A DNA stretch of 64,000 bases from assembly GCF_009914755.1 (NCBI RefSeq), contig NC_060936.1, one strand, 5' to 3'. The notes beneath the pieces are model-generated. The model was not told where the DNA came from. It did not search any database and saw only the letters and a program-made list of their open reading frames with translations. Origin of the DNA: the human T2T-CHM13v2.0 reference genome, Homo sapiens. Shown one piece after another: positions 1-16,035 of this stretch. Each line of letters opens with the position of its first letter. The first letter of the stretch is position 1. A program made the position numbers and the translations under genes.

Positions 1-790
1 GTATTCATAATATAGATGGTAATTAATAATATGGGCATGGATAAAATCATGAAGTTGAGAATACAGAGTAAGAAGAGGAAGAGACCAGTGACAAAACCTC
101 TAAGAACTCAAGATCAAAAACCAGATAAAGGAAAGTGATCTAGCAAGAAAATCTGAGAATTAGTCCTAGAAGTAAATGAAAATGAGGGAATTTGGTGATA
201 AGGAGGCTAGTGTTGAGATTGTGTCAAGAAGACATAGTACTCTACACTCTCGAATGATGCTGAGAGAGTCAAACAGCAGAAGTCTGTCTAGAAAAATGCT
301 GACTGGCTTAGTTTGATTGTTGCAGGAACCATGTGCATGAAGCGGTGGGAGAGGGCCACAGCCTGGAGTGAGTTGAGGACTAAGTGGCTGGTTAGTGAAT
401 CGGTGAGCTTGGGTGACTTTCTCAAAGCTTTGTAAAAGAGAGAAAATATACAGTAACAGTAGGAAAGGGAAGTAGAGTCCAAAGATGGTATTTTCTTTAA
501 AATATGAAAATGAATTGCATATGTTTAAATGATGGGAAGAGTGCAACAGAAAGAAGTTAAAAGAACAAGAAAGAAAGTTGTAATGAATAATGTGAGTTTC
601 TGTGGAAAGTTGGGATGTGGGTCCTATAACACAGATGGAGGATTATCTCCAGAACTATAATAAGATGGAAAGAAAACAGAAGATGTGGGAAATAAGGATG
701 CAGGCAGGTTTCTAGGTTTGATGGCAGAAAAGTGAAGGCATTTTTTTCTGATGGTTTCATTTTCTCTGTGAAGTAGGAGAAGAGGTCATG
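1..790 (-). mobile_element. LINE-2 (L2) fragment, ancient
   Basis: Purine-rich degenerate match to the antisense L2 body as I recall it (tatagatggt...gaatgatgctgagagagtcaa...gatggtttcattttctctgtgaagtaggagaagaggtca). Boundaries approximate. Confidence 0.65.
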
Positions 791-1507
791 TGCATATTAA
801 TGCTGTTATTATTACCCATGCTGTATTTCTGCTAATTAAAGAAACTTTCTCTGAAATAATGGTATATAAGTAACCACCTATTAGGTGAGGAAACAATTTA
901 CTCATTCATTAAACAAATGCTTCCGAGTACCTGTCTGCCTGCCCAAACTCACAGTCAACTTGAGAGGGCAGGAATGCACATATTCACAACGCAATGTGCC
1001 AAGTGTGACACTAGAGATAAAAACAACATTCTGTGAGCGCATAGAGGAAGACAAACTAGGAGAATTATAGGAAACTTGACAAAGATGGAAAGCTGAAGAT
1101 GGGTTTTGAAGAATGAGTAAGAGTTTGCTAGAAACAAAAGTTAGCAACAGTGTGGACATAGGACCCTTAATCAAGAAAAATTATACTTATACAATTTTAA
1201 ATCCTCCAGGGTTTGGGGGACTTCAGGCTAGGAGTAAATACCTCATAAATATTGCTTCAGATCTAGAAATTGGACTGGTAGCCTGGGAAATGGTTGTGCA
1301 ATGAAAGAAACTCATTTTAGCAGGAAATAATGGACAAATATGTTAGCTTGAAATTAAGTGCAGAGATATGGAAAGACACATGAAAATCCAGTTTTGACTT
1401 CATGAGTTACCAACAAGCAAAACAAAATTATTTCATACAAACGTGTTTATCACGGTAGAGTTATGAGGATAATACACGAGTACACATAAAGAACATCAAA
1501 GTCAGCT

Positions 1508-1950
1508 CTGGCAAAGGCTGTTTGATGCCCTCAGTCTCTCCTCTTCTATATAATAAAATTCTCAATTTTAGTTAAGTAGATTACCTGAATACAGACTATA
1601 CATCTCAATTTTTTCTGCTACTAGTTGTGGTAAAATGACTAAGTTCTGATAATAAGTGTAGGAAAGTGGTGTGGAAATTTCTGAAATGTGTCCTTAAAGG
1701 GGAAGTGTATTTCCTTCTTATTTTTGCTTCTTGGATGCATATGAGATTGCTGAAGCTCTATCTGGAACTCTAAGGCCCCTGATAGCTCACTTTAAGGGTG
1801 GTGGAATGCAAAGCTGGAAACAGCCTGGGCTCCCAAGGATTGCAGTGCAACAGGGCCAATTCCTAATTGCCTATATCCACAAAATTAAATTATATTTTAT
1901 TTTGTTGTATTACTTAAGCAACTGCTTTGTTAAAAAAATATATTGTCACC
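1508..1950 (+). mobile_element. MaLR LTR, MLT1J/MLT1H-like
   Basis: gactatacatctc...tgtggtaaaatgactaagttctg...tgtgtccttaaagggg resembles the MLT1J-type LTR core. Confidence 0.55.
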
Positions 1951-2249
1951 AAACCTCTTATACACTCGTAACCAGACACATCAACTAGCCAACAAAACTA
2001 CTTCTTTTGCAAAGTTTTAGACCTGTCGTATGTTTCTCTGTTCTTATTTCTACTCAAAGGGGTATCTTTGTTAGCTGGTGGATTTTTTTCCCTTCTAAAG
2101 GACACAGTGGTAATTATTTTCTGAAAACAAATAAATAGAAAGAGAGCCTATTTGGAATCCACATGAAAAATTAAATATGTGTTTCCTACCAGGGACCTCT
2201 CAAAAAAGTGTAATGACTTCCCTGGCTATACTCACTCTGATCCTTCCAG

Positions 2250-2335
2250 TATGTGGGTTAAGTACTTCCCATGGATTAACACATTCAATCCTCCCAACAC
2301 CCCTATGAAGTAGTTACTATTTTCAGCCCTATTTT
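2250..2335 (-). mobile_element. MIR (left part; interrupted by L1, resumes 4999-5110)
   Basis: ttcaatcctcccaacacccctatgaagtagttactatt...ccctatttt is antisense MIR core. It continues after the L1 as acagctcacagaaa...ggcagcctgactccacagctc. Confidence 0.7.
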
Positions 2336-4986
<2,651 letters not shown>

Positions 4987-5170
4987 CAGCCCTATTTTAC
5001 AGCTCACAGAAATTAATTAATTGAACAGTGCTTCTGATCTGGAAAGTGATGGACTCAGGCTTATAGCATAGGCAGCCTGACTCCACAGCTCAACTATTAA
5101 ACACTACTCTCATCACCCCACAGGTATGGATAGGCTTTCTTGAAAATTGTTGACTAGGACTCGTCCATGG

Positions 5171-5445
5171 CCATATATATATACATATATGTGTATATGT
5201 ATATGTGTATATATTATATATGTGTATATATTATTATATTATATATGTGTATATATTATACATGTTATATGTATTATACATATACATATAATACATACAT
5301 ATACATATACATAATACATATGATATATATATTACATATAATATACATATATCATATGTATATATTATAAATATATGTATATACATATGGCCATGGACAA
5401 GTCCTAGTTTATCATATACATATAATATATATGTGTATATATATG
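5171..5445. repeat. (TA)n/(TATG)n low-complexity microsatellite
   Basis: Direct reading: tatatatacatatatgtgtatatg... for ~270 bp, with an embedded inverted copy of the left flank (see findings). Confidence 0.95.
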
Positions 5446-5939
5446 TAAGTAAATGACTTGGTATGAGACATTCTTGTTGATCCATCTTACTTGTTCCTAA
5501 GATACTTACCAACTGGTTTTCCATTTTGTCCTCAGGGCCTGAATTTTCTGCTCCTGAATTCAAAGTAAGTTTCCATAACCCTGATCTGCATAGTCAGGCA
5601 TCTGGGACCTGAACATGGTTGGGACAATTTGCTGTCCATCATTATCTTTCTCTTTCAATTCTCCTTGAGCTGCTGTACCATTTTCAGTCCTAACTCCATA
5701 TTTGTGTTCTCCCCAACACCCCCCACCCCCACCACTTTGGAAAAGCCAAATTTGAATCTTTGTTCAAATTCCATACTTAGCCTGCTGCCTTTTAGATATT
5801 ATTCTTCTTGGCCTTATTTCCTACCTCAAGTTTTGAACATTTAGGACTGAGAGCATTGAATTCAGCGGATAGTTTGATTCTATAATAAAAGTATGATTAA
5901 CTTTGGCATTGTTGGTCACAATCTAGACATCCATTGGAT

Positions 5940-6420
5940 GGATTCATTCCCTCTTTTATTCTTCAAATATGTATTAAGCACCTGTCAGGTGCTAGGCATT
6001 GTGCTGTGTGCAGAGATAAGCCCATGAACAAGTTATTTCCTGCCCTTGCAGAATAGTTACAATAGTAAACAGTAGTTATAACAGTAAATAATAGATACAA
6101 TAATAAACAAAAAGTTACAAAATGTACATTGAGGATTAAAACAGCGAAGTAACCAACAAGGCCAATGGAGCTTGAACAGAGTTTTGAAAGCTATATGGTT
6201 CATCATGTTGACTAGGAAGGCAGGATACTACAACCAAGGGAGTGGAATGTTGAAAGGTATATAACAGCATGGCCCAGCATAACCTAAAGCTTAGGATAGG
6301 ACAAAGGGAATAGTCAGATGATGTAGGAGAGGGGTTTGGGGTTACATCAGGAAATGCTTCATATGCCATGCAAAGGAATTTGGGCTTTGAAGGGATTTAG
6401 GCCAGCCTATAAAATGATGA
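5940..6420 (-). mobile_element. L2 3'-end fragment
   Basis: ttcattc...caaatatgtattaagcacctgtcaggtgctaggcattgtgct is the antisense L2 3' terminus. Confidence 0.6.
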
Positions 6421-9400
6421 GATTTACCAGATTTACCCAGTCCTTTAAGCTTCTGCATGTCAACGTGCCACCAGGCTAGTGAACACACAGAAGTGATTAA
6501 TGAGCTCTGTGACCACCCAGAAAACATTCCTGGCAGCTGCAAGCCCCAAGATACATCAGGAGTCTGCTTCTCTGGCAACATTTAGGTCAGAAATAAGTCT
6601 ATTTTTGAGAGTTCTGCTGCTGCCTTAGTTGCTTGTCTCTTCATCTGCCCCACTACTGTAGTATATACAGGTGATTTTTTTTCCTATGGATTATTTTCAA
6701 GGGTTGATACAAACATTAACTGATTGAAAGAAGGTTTTTATTTACTCAGTTTTGAAGTAAGCTGAGATTAATTGTGCAAAAGCAAAAATAATTTGGTAGA
6801 ACACACCAATTCTTACTAGCAAGAAGTATAGGAACTGATTATTCCCTGTGAAATAACAGTACTTTTGAAAATGGAAAGTGACAATATGTATTTGAGAAGG
6901 GCAGGCTGATAGCCTCCTCATTGCTTCAGCCCAGTCCTTACTTTATGATGATGCCAACAAGAGACATTTGTAGGGAGGTCCTGTAGTTACCCTCCCTGAC
7001 TCCAAACCTCAGAAAGTTGACGGATAAAGTTGAACACACTCAATAAACCCAACAGCTCTGTTTCCATGAGTATTTAACTGTCATTTTGTATCTTCTGACA
7101 GCATTAAAATGTGTGGTATATCAGTACTGGGATTTATGAGGACAATGTGGTTAATTTAAATGCCTTTTGGAGCAAATAGGACGTATCTTATTCCAATTTT
7201 TTGAAGATAGAGAAAGTGCGTGGTCCTGAACACAACAGGTAATTGTCTAATATTCTGTTCATTTGGGGCTTTCTAACCTGGCCTATGGGAGCTGCTTCAT
7301 ATTTTCATGGTTTTTAACATGAGAACAACATTTTCCTCCAATTTTACAGTGATTGAAATTTCCAATACCTCACTTAGCCAAATAAAAAAAGTACAGGCAA
7401 GAAAATACTGTCCCAGGGATAGCATGCACATTTTTGTTTATGCAGTAATAGCAAGAATTGAGTATGAAGACAAGAGTCATTTGCCTGGATTTTTTTTTTC
7501 CTTTTTAATAAATGCAGAGGTGGTTACAAGAAGAAATAAAATGTTGGCTGGCAGAAGCAGCAGGGAAGATTTCATATTGAAGACTAACTAGTTCTGAGAC
7601 GTTTTGGATGTCTTCTTGCAAACAAGTAATTGAAAATTAAATATTCTCTGTATAAAAAATAGGCACCTGCTTGCAAGCTTTGTGTTCTATTATTTCTGCT
7701 TTTCTCCCTTGGTGCCGGATTTCCATGTGCTTGGAATAATTCATGAGAATTACTTTAAAATTTCAGGAAAAGGCAGTGGATAGAAGCTTTCTACCTAGAA
7801 AAATACTATATAGTTGATATCTGAGTTTAAAAATAAATAGGAATCTTTCCCTTTGCACTATCTACCATAAACTTGGTGCCATAAAAAAGCAATAATTTTA
7901 GACCGAGGAGCCCAGGGCACAAGACCCCACTTCCATTGATAACTAACTGTATCCTTGGGCAAATGCATTCATCTTCTTGAAACCCAGTTATATGGTCTGT
8001 AAAGTGATGCAGGTGGGGGTGCAGGGTATGCTCAATAATCATTAAGGACTCTATAGCTTTAATGTTCTATCGTCATTTATTATATTTTAGGTTAAACACC
8101 AATGAATTGTGAAAAACAAAGGCAGAAATGTAGGGCACTGTCATTAATGCAATTGGGGGTAAATTGAGTTGCTCTTTTCTCACACCCTAGGCTGAAATAA
8201 ACAAGCACACATTTAAAAGTGAAACTTGGGAATATAGCAAAGCAAATACATAGGATTGACCAAACCAAAGCTTTGCAGGCAGTGGAGGTTCTGATACGAG
8301 CTGTACCCTGCAGTTCATGCATATCACTTGAAGAGTGAGGTTATGACTCACAAGTGGGACTCTTGCCTCATCCCTCAAACCTCAGTTCTCACAAATATTC
8401 CAGATCAGTGGGAGTCTGCTTTGTCTGCCTTGGAGAGCCAAGTCATTTTGGGCTGGGAAGTAATAGGTATCTAAAATGAATGCTTGAGCAATGAGAGAAA
8501 AATAGATCCTCCAATGTCCTGGAACACAAACCTCCTTCGAGGTCCAAGGATAGAATCAGAGTTGTTCTAAATGAATTTTCTTTCATTTTGTTTTATCACA
8601 CTAAAAACTATCTTTCGGACGATTTTTTCTGTCAAATGAATAACTTATTAAGGCAACTATACGGTAGCTTGAGGCATTTCTTTAGATAATTAAGTTATAT
8701 ATCCTTACCATTGTTGTCATGTTATGATGTCTAGAATAATTTTTCTTTGATAAACGTTAGGAATAATGTATTCCACCCTATGACTGTAAATATCTCATTA
8801 AAGATTGCTCATTTAAGGCACAGATTGAGTTAGCTTAAGCATCAAAAACAAATTATACCATGATACCAGATTCTCCCTTGGAACCTAAGGATTTAACTGG
8901 ACTCCAGAAAGAAACTGCAACAAGAGAGATTAACACTAAACTCATTTTATTTTACTGGGCTCATTTCTGTCCATCTACTTCATTCCATTGTCTCTGCAAA
9001 TCAACTTCCAACATTTTTCTGGTCTATGGACTATATAATAGAAAATACAGCCCCCAACAATTCCAGGTTTTTCATAATATGAATAAATTTAGCCACCCAG
9101 AAAGAACCTGATTTCTCTTACAGTACCAGCTTGAAAATTCCCAGGCAGGGATTTGATTAACTCAGCTTGGGGAAGGTGTGTACCCACAGTGGGATTAACT
9201 GTGTCCAGGGTTTGGGGAACAGTAGCTGTTCCTGCTGCCTCCAATGGATGAATGAGGTAATGCAAGTTCTTAGAAAGACATTGTCATTACCGGGTATTAA
9301 TGTATAGAAATGTACAGTCCACCCTTGGTCCCCCAGTAAACATGTATATAACATTCTTTTCATACATGCAACTCCAAAACGTCCTGCTTAAAATTCCCCA

Positions 9401-10599
9401 ACTTTCCCAGGTGAAACCCCAAACAGTAGTTTTCTGGCCTAAAATCATACTTGCCCTGCATTCTGTGATATAATGACCTAAGCAATATTTCTCTGTGACT
9501 AGGCTTTCTGAGGACTATCTATTCCTATTCCACTCAAGTTCAATAATATATTTATATGGTTCCTTACAATATGTAATACATCTAATAAACAATAATAGAG
9601 AAAAATCAATATAATTAAAATAAAACTTATTTTTTGTTAAAAAATGAAAAATGCTGTGGTATAATTTGGTCACTGGTTCAGAGAATATCCTGATTATTAA
9701 ATTATAAGATGAAAAAACATCTTGGGCCTCCATTTGTTAACTCCCTTTGAAAGTGAAGTAAAGTTTTTGGTTAATGCATTTATTGATTGGGAGGGTTTCC
9801 TGTAATACGTGTTCTTCAGGAGCAACATTTGAGCCTGGGATTTTGGAGGATTTCTCTATAGGAGGCTAAGCCAACTTTGTAGTTCATTTCTTATCAGTGT
9901 CTGTATCAGTGTCTTGCCTTCCTGTGTTTTCTGGAGATACAACTGCTACAAAAGATTGGTCAGTTGTCTGTCAATTTCATTTGAGAAAATTCTATTTTTA
10001 AATAACCTGTGAAAGAAATACTGAGCTGTATTCTTTGAATCCCTATCCTGACCTGGGTCTTGTTGAATGTACTTTACGAAAGGGCCATTGTATGGGGTCA
10101 TCAATGTGTCTACCCCCGCCGTATTGGTGCTTCAGAGGGGCACCTTAAGTTTCCTGGGACCCCACAGATATTCTCATTCTGATTTGTAAAATCCAATTTA
10201 TATGTTCTAATTTCAGAATAGAATGCAACTGAAGAAATGGCTGGTGCAATTCAGCAAGGTAAAAGATTATCTTACCCCCAGCTGGTTAAAGGCAGAAGCT
10301 ATGAATTTGTGCTATTGTCTGTGGGCTCCTTTCAGGTGAGCCATCTTGAACTGAAGATTATTCCTTTCATAAAAAACTCATAATGAAGCCTGAATAAATC
10401 AGTCAACATACTAAAATATTTTGACATTTTGCCACCAAGTCTCCTAAAAATCTTGGGTACTAGATGTAACAGAAGATAAATAACCAACTGTTCTGCTACC
10501 ACAGGCATAATCCTCCTCCTGGTCCCAAATAAAGAATTCTTGCTGTCCTCACCCCACCTTCATTCAACTAGTGTGCAAATTCTGCATTCAAAATTCTTT

Positions 10600-11010
10600 C
10601 TAGGATAAACAAGTTGCATACATTCATACAATGGAATTTTACTCATCTATAAAAAGAAAGCAACTTAATGAGGTCTTGATTCAGTGATACAAAAATATGG
10701 ATGTCAAAAACATGCTGAATCAAAGATGTAAGACATGAAAACACATATGGTATAATTTTGTTTATATTAAACAAAATCAGAAAAAAACTATTCTACAGTA
10801 ATAGAAGTCAGAAGGTGATTGCCTCTGCGTCAGGGATTGGAGGACTGTCTGGAAAGGGACACAAGTAAATATCCTGGAGTAATGAAAGTGTTCAACCTCT
10901 TGCTTTGGGTAGTTGTTACATAGATGCTTAAAATTGTGAAAACATCAAATTGAACATTTAAGATTTGCGAATTTTGTGTTTAAATTATATCTTAATTAAA
11001 CATACAACTA
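10600..11010 (+). mobile_element. Old L1M (L1ME/L1MC-type) 3' end
   Basis: cattcatacaatggaattttactca...atggtataattttgtttatat...atagaagtcagaaggtgattgcctctg...aaattatatcttaattaaa is a typical L1M 3'UTR. Confidence 0.7.
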
Positions 11011-11329
11011 TTTTTTATCACTAAAGATTACAGAAATCTTACTCAAATTAGCTTCAGAAAAAAAAAGCAATAGATTATGGGGATTTGAGATTATCTCATG
11101 GAAGGCAAGAGGGATGCATATGGGCCTAAGCAGTGAACTAGAGCCAGGGATTTGAATGTGTTTGGGACTCTCGTTCTCCCACTAAAGCTAATATTAGCAT
11201 ATCTGCTTTGTTTTCCTTGCCTCTCTATATCTTCCTTTACTTCTCAGTTCCAAATGATGGAAAACAAAGATAAAAAACAAAGATGATGACAGTTCCTGAG
11301 TATGGTATACTATAGGATTATTTGATTCT

Positions 11330-12170
<841 letters not shown>

Positions 12171-13899
12171 TAAACCTAAGATATTAGACTCTTATCAGGT
12201 GGCTCTGATATTCCTTTCTTAACTTTAGCCTCTTAAAAAAAAGTTCTTAATAGTAGAACCAAATTCTCCAGAGAAAAGATGTATTTGTCCCATCTGGGTC
12301 AGGTGTCCAATGCTTAATTCAATGGCTGTGGCCACTGAATGGATCATTTTACAGAAACATGGTAGCTCCTATCCAACTATACATTTGGAAGAAAGATGAG
12401 TTTTCAGAAAATGTGAAATAGATAGACAAACCTGAAAATGCTCACTTGAAATTCAATGCAAAAACTGGTTTTCTGTGAATTTTTTTTACTGCACTGCCAA
12501 ATAGAAGGTATGACACAAATTGGAGAGCCTTCAAGGATCCACATGCTTTAGAAATAGGAGAAGTGGTTTCTGGCTTGGTTTGTAGTTTGTGCCTCTGTCT
12601 ACATCATCTACTCCAGAAATGCTGATATTCGCTTAATATTTTGAAGCAAGTCTTAGAGCAATTGGCAGATGTGCCATTTTCCTTCAGCATAAACTAGATG
12701 GAATTGCTGATATCTCCAAGTGCAGTTAGTTACAGTTACTAGCTTTCTTCCTTCACAGCTTGCTAGTGGGCATGGGACTAGGTCTATATTGTTTACTCCT
12801 GCATCTACAGTGAGTGAATAAGTAAATCATTATGCTATCAGAAATACCCTTATATTTTATGTCTGTTCTGGAAACTTTAAGAAAATTAGTATCTTCAGAT
12901 TTTTAAGAAGAAAAACGTACTATATTTGATTGGAAGAAAAATTGGGACAAAAAATTGGGACATTATGGTTAGGTAGAGCATTTGAAGTGTTTGGCAGAAC
13001 ATCTGGGGTTTTTTTGTTGGCTGAAGATAGAAGCCATCATGGCTTATTGGCAGTTAATTATCTTTCCTGTTTCCTGCTGTATCCCTCACGCCTAATAAAG
13101 GTCCTGATATATAGTTGGTGCTTCATAAATATTTGCTAGATTAAGTATTATAAATACATCAGAATGTATTGAGATCAAAGACTTTTGCCAATTACCTTGA
13201 AATAAGTCTTGTCTACTGCTGTGAAATCATCACCTTCATGAAAAAGAGGGTTTCTTCAAAAAGTTTCTAAGAAATGGAAAGAGAATATAAGTTTCTTCTC
13301 CACTGTGTAGAAAAATCTTTTAGAAGATAAGTTGACTTTTGGAAGACAAGTTTCAAAGGCCTGGATTGAACCTGAGGAATAATCCCCTTTTCACTTTTAT
13401 TGAGGGTTAAAGAAAGCCCATTCTGAGCAGTTTGACAAGGAGGGGCTCACTACCAGTCTGAATTGGTGAATAATTTTAGCCATGCTAATCAGGCAGCTTT
13501 CTGTTTCAATGTTCTGCAGTAACCAACAAGGTTTTACTGAAGGCCTGTAATCTCTTGGTGGAGCTGCTCCACTAAAAGAAGAAAACGGAGGCAGTGTGCT
13601 CTGTGAGCTATCTCACGGCAAAATAAATGCTTCTGTAAAGTGCATGTGCTGAAGCAACAACATAAACAGTGGCAAAATGTTCTGTACATGAGTCTTACAC
13701 ATTTCAGGGGAGGCCACCCACAGCTTTCAAAGGATTCTCAATGAGCCTTTGACTTCAGAATGTTAAGAACCACTGTTACCTCAACATTTAATTCACAGAT
13801 GAAACCACACCGAGGTTAAAAAGCACTCTGATAGCTTCGGTTGATAGTGGTCATTTTTCTGTCATGTGAGAGGATTTAATGAGGTTAAAAGGTGAAGAA

Positions 13900-14302
13900 A
13901 AGTAGACAGGCCAGTCAGGTCCCCTTCTCGAACAGCTGATTCAGACTATACCCCAACCATCTGTCTTAAACTCCCATACTCCAGGCCACTCTGTACCAGC
14001 CCTAATCGTCCTGGGGCCAGGTACCAGACAACCTGGACAGGTTCCAGGAACAGACCTATTCCCTGACGCCTGAAAAGTTATTCTACAGCCAATCTATGGA
14101 AAGTCTGTGAAACCTAGCTAACCCTGTCGCACTTCCCATCCATGAGTTGGCCGCTACAGCTCCAGCTTGCTGTTATCTTGTCCCCAGCACAACTCCCTGT
14201 GCTCTCTTTGGGAGCAGAAAGTTAAATAGAGTTCTGCCTTTCACCTATCCAAATGTCACTGCATGTGTCCCACCATCAAAAGAATCTTTAAATCTTATAG
14301 CA
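13900..14302 (+). mobile_element. ERVL-type solo LTR (MER54/LTR53-like)
   Basis: ggggccaggtaccagacaac...ctacagctccagcttgctgtta...gagttctgcctttcacctatcc...aagaatctttaaatcttatagca resembles the MER54 family. Confidence 0.55.
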
Positions 14303-14334
14303 CATCTTTGTGGTAATTCCATGAAATAAACTGA

Positions 14335-14430
14335 ATGATTGCAGATGAGGAAACTGAACCTCAAAGGGGTTAGTAAAGTGGCCGAAATTTAACAATCTGT
14401 TAATTGTAGAGCTGGTATTACAACCTACAT
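14335..14430 (-). mobile_element. MIR fragment
   Basis: gcagatgaggaaactgaacctcaaaggggttagtaa is antisense MIR core. Confidence 0.65.
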
Positions 14431-14566
14431 CTATTAAATATGCACTGAGTACCAGTTTTAAGTTTATAAATTTAAGGAACTTTTAAATAGTATATATAAT
14501 CCAATGACTGTCCTCAGTCTTTAAACACAAATGAGACACAGAGAAACATTACATAATATTTGGTTA

Positions 14567-14872
<306 letters not shown>

Positions 14873-15849
14873 AAGATAAGTGACTGAAAAATATATAAAT
14901 ATTAATGATCATCACAGAAGTAATGACTGCTCACTAACAATGAAATAAGCTTCATTCATCCCTCCAGTATTTATTATTAGTAAATAATTTTTCATGCAAT
15001 TTTCTATTTATGGAGTCAAAAACAGAGAAATAAAAAATATGACAAAGGTTTAGCTTCAAGAATATACACTCTAGCCATGTAGAAATATGCTGGAGACAAC
15101 ACTTACAAACTTGTAAGCTATTGTTTAACTTTTAGAAAATTTTCAAGCTGGTTGTTAAACATTTGGAAACTTAGAATTGGTCCTGGTGAAAATCCTTGCA
15201 CCACAGAAATTATCAATATTATGGACTAGGGCTTTCTTTTTTAACCAGAGAGAAATATCAGCATATCACTGCTGCCATGTACATATTGGCAGAAAAAATA
15301 TTAATACCTAAGAATTAGAAATTGCTTTAACAAAATAATATAAATAAAATATTTAATAAATTAAAGTACATTTATATAACAAAAATATTTTAACCTTAAT
15401 ATCATACTATAGGGAATATCAATATGGGGTAATGTATGATATATATACACACACACATATATGTAGCATATATATATATAGAGAGAGAGAGAGCTAATTT
15501 TAAGCTGTAGTTTGCAAAGTAGAAGTTCAATGTAGTCTCTTTTGGTGAAATAATAATAATAAAGATGCAAGGAAAAAAGACTGGGAGGATATATATGTAA
15601 ATCTTAAAACTGGTTATATTTGGCTGATGGAATTATGGGTGAGTTTTGTTGTCTCTCTAGATTTTCTAGACTTTCTGCATTTGACATAAATTACTTTTGC
15701 GAAACTTCTTTCTGAACTTCTTTCTAAATGTAGGGTCTTGATGTGAACTTGATTGTTTTTGTCCTGTCAGTGATCTTGGATTGCCTTGCAGCTGTCAAAC
15801 ACATTTAGAGATGACAGGTGAAGAGAAATGTGTTGTCATGTAGCCATAG

Positions 15850-16035
15850 AACTCATAATAGACTGGAAACCAGAAGGCCTGGGTCTGAGTCCCAACATTG
15901 TTCATTGTTAGTTGGGTAACATTAGGCAAGACTTGAACTTCCCCGTAAAACCAGGAGGGTCATACTTCCCCTTATTACCCCTGCAGGCTCATTGTGAGGA
16001 CAAAGTAACCTAATGGATGAGAAACATTATAAATA
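15850..16035 (+). mobile_element. MIR
   Basis: gactggaaaccagaaggcctgggtctgagtccc...ttaggcaagacttgaac...ttgtgaggacaaag. Confidence 0.6.

Noticed and set aside
166-2000. Short ORFs of 60-126 aa
   Set aside because: They lie in decayed L2/MLT sequence, show no recognisable domains and have the composition of random AT-rich DNA.
5167-5563. Tyr/Ile-rich ORFs
   Set aside because: Translation of the TA microsatellite.
13558-13620. Small hairpins gtggagc-t-gctccac and gtgag-ctat-ctcac
   Set aside because: Stems of 5-7 bp are expected by chance.
15090-15272. Possible hAT (MER63-like) remnant ending cagcatatcactg
   Set aside because: Only one degenerate terminus recognised, so it cannot be named with confidence.
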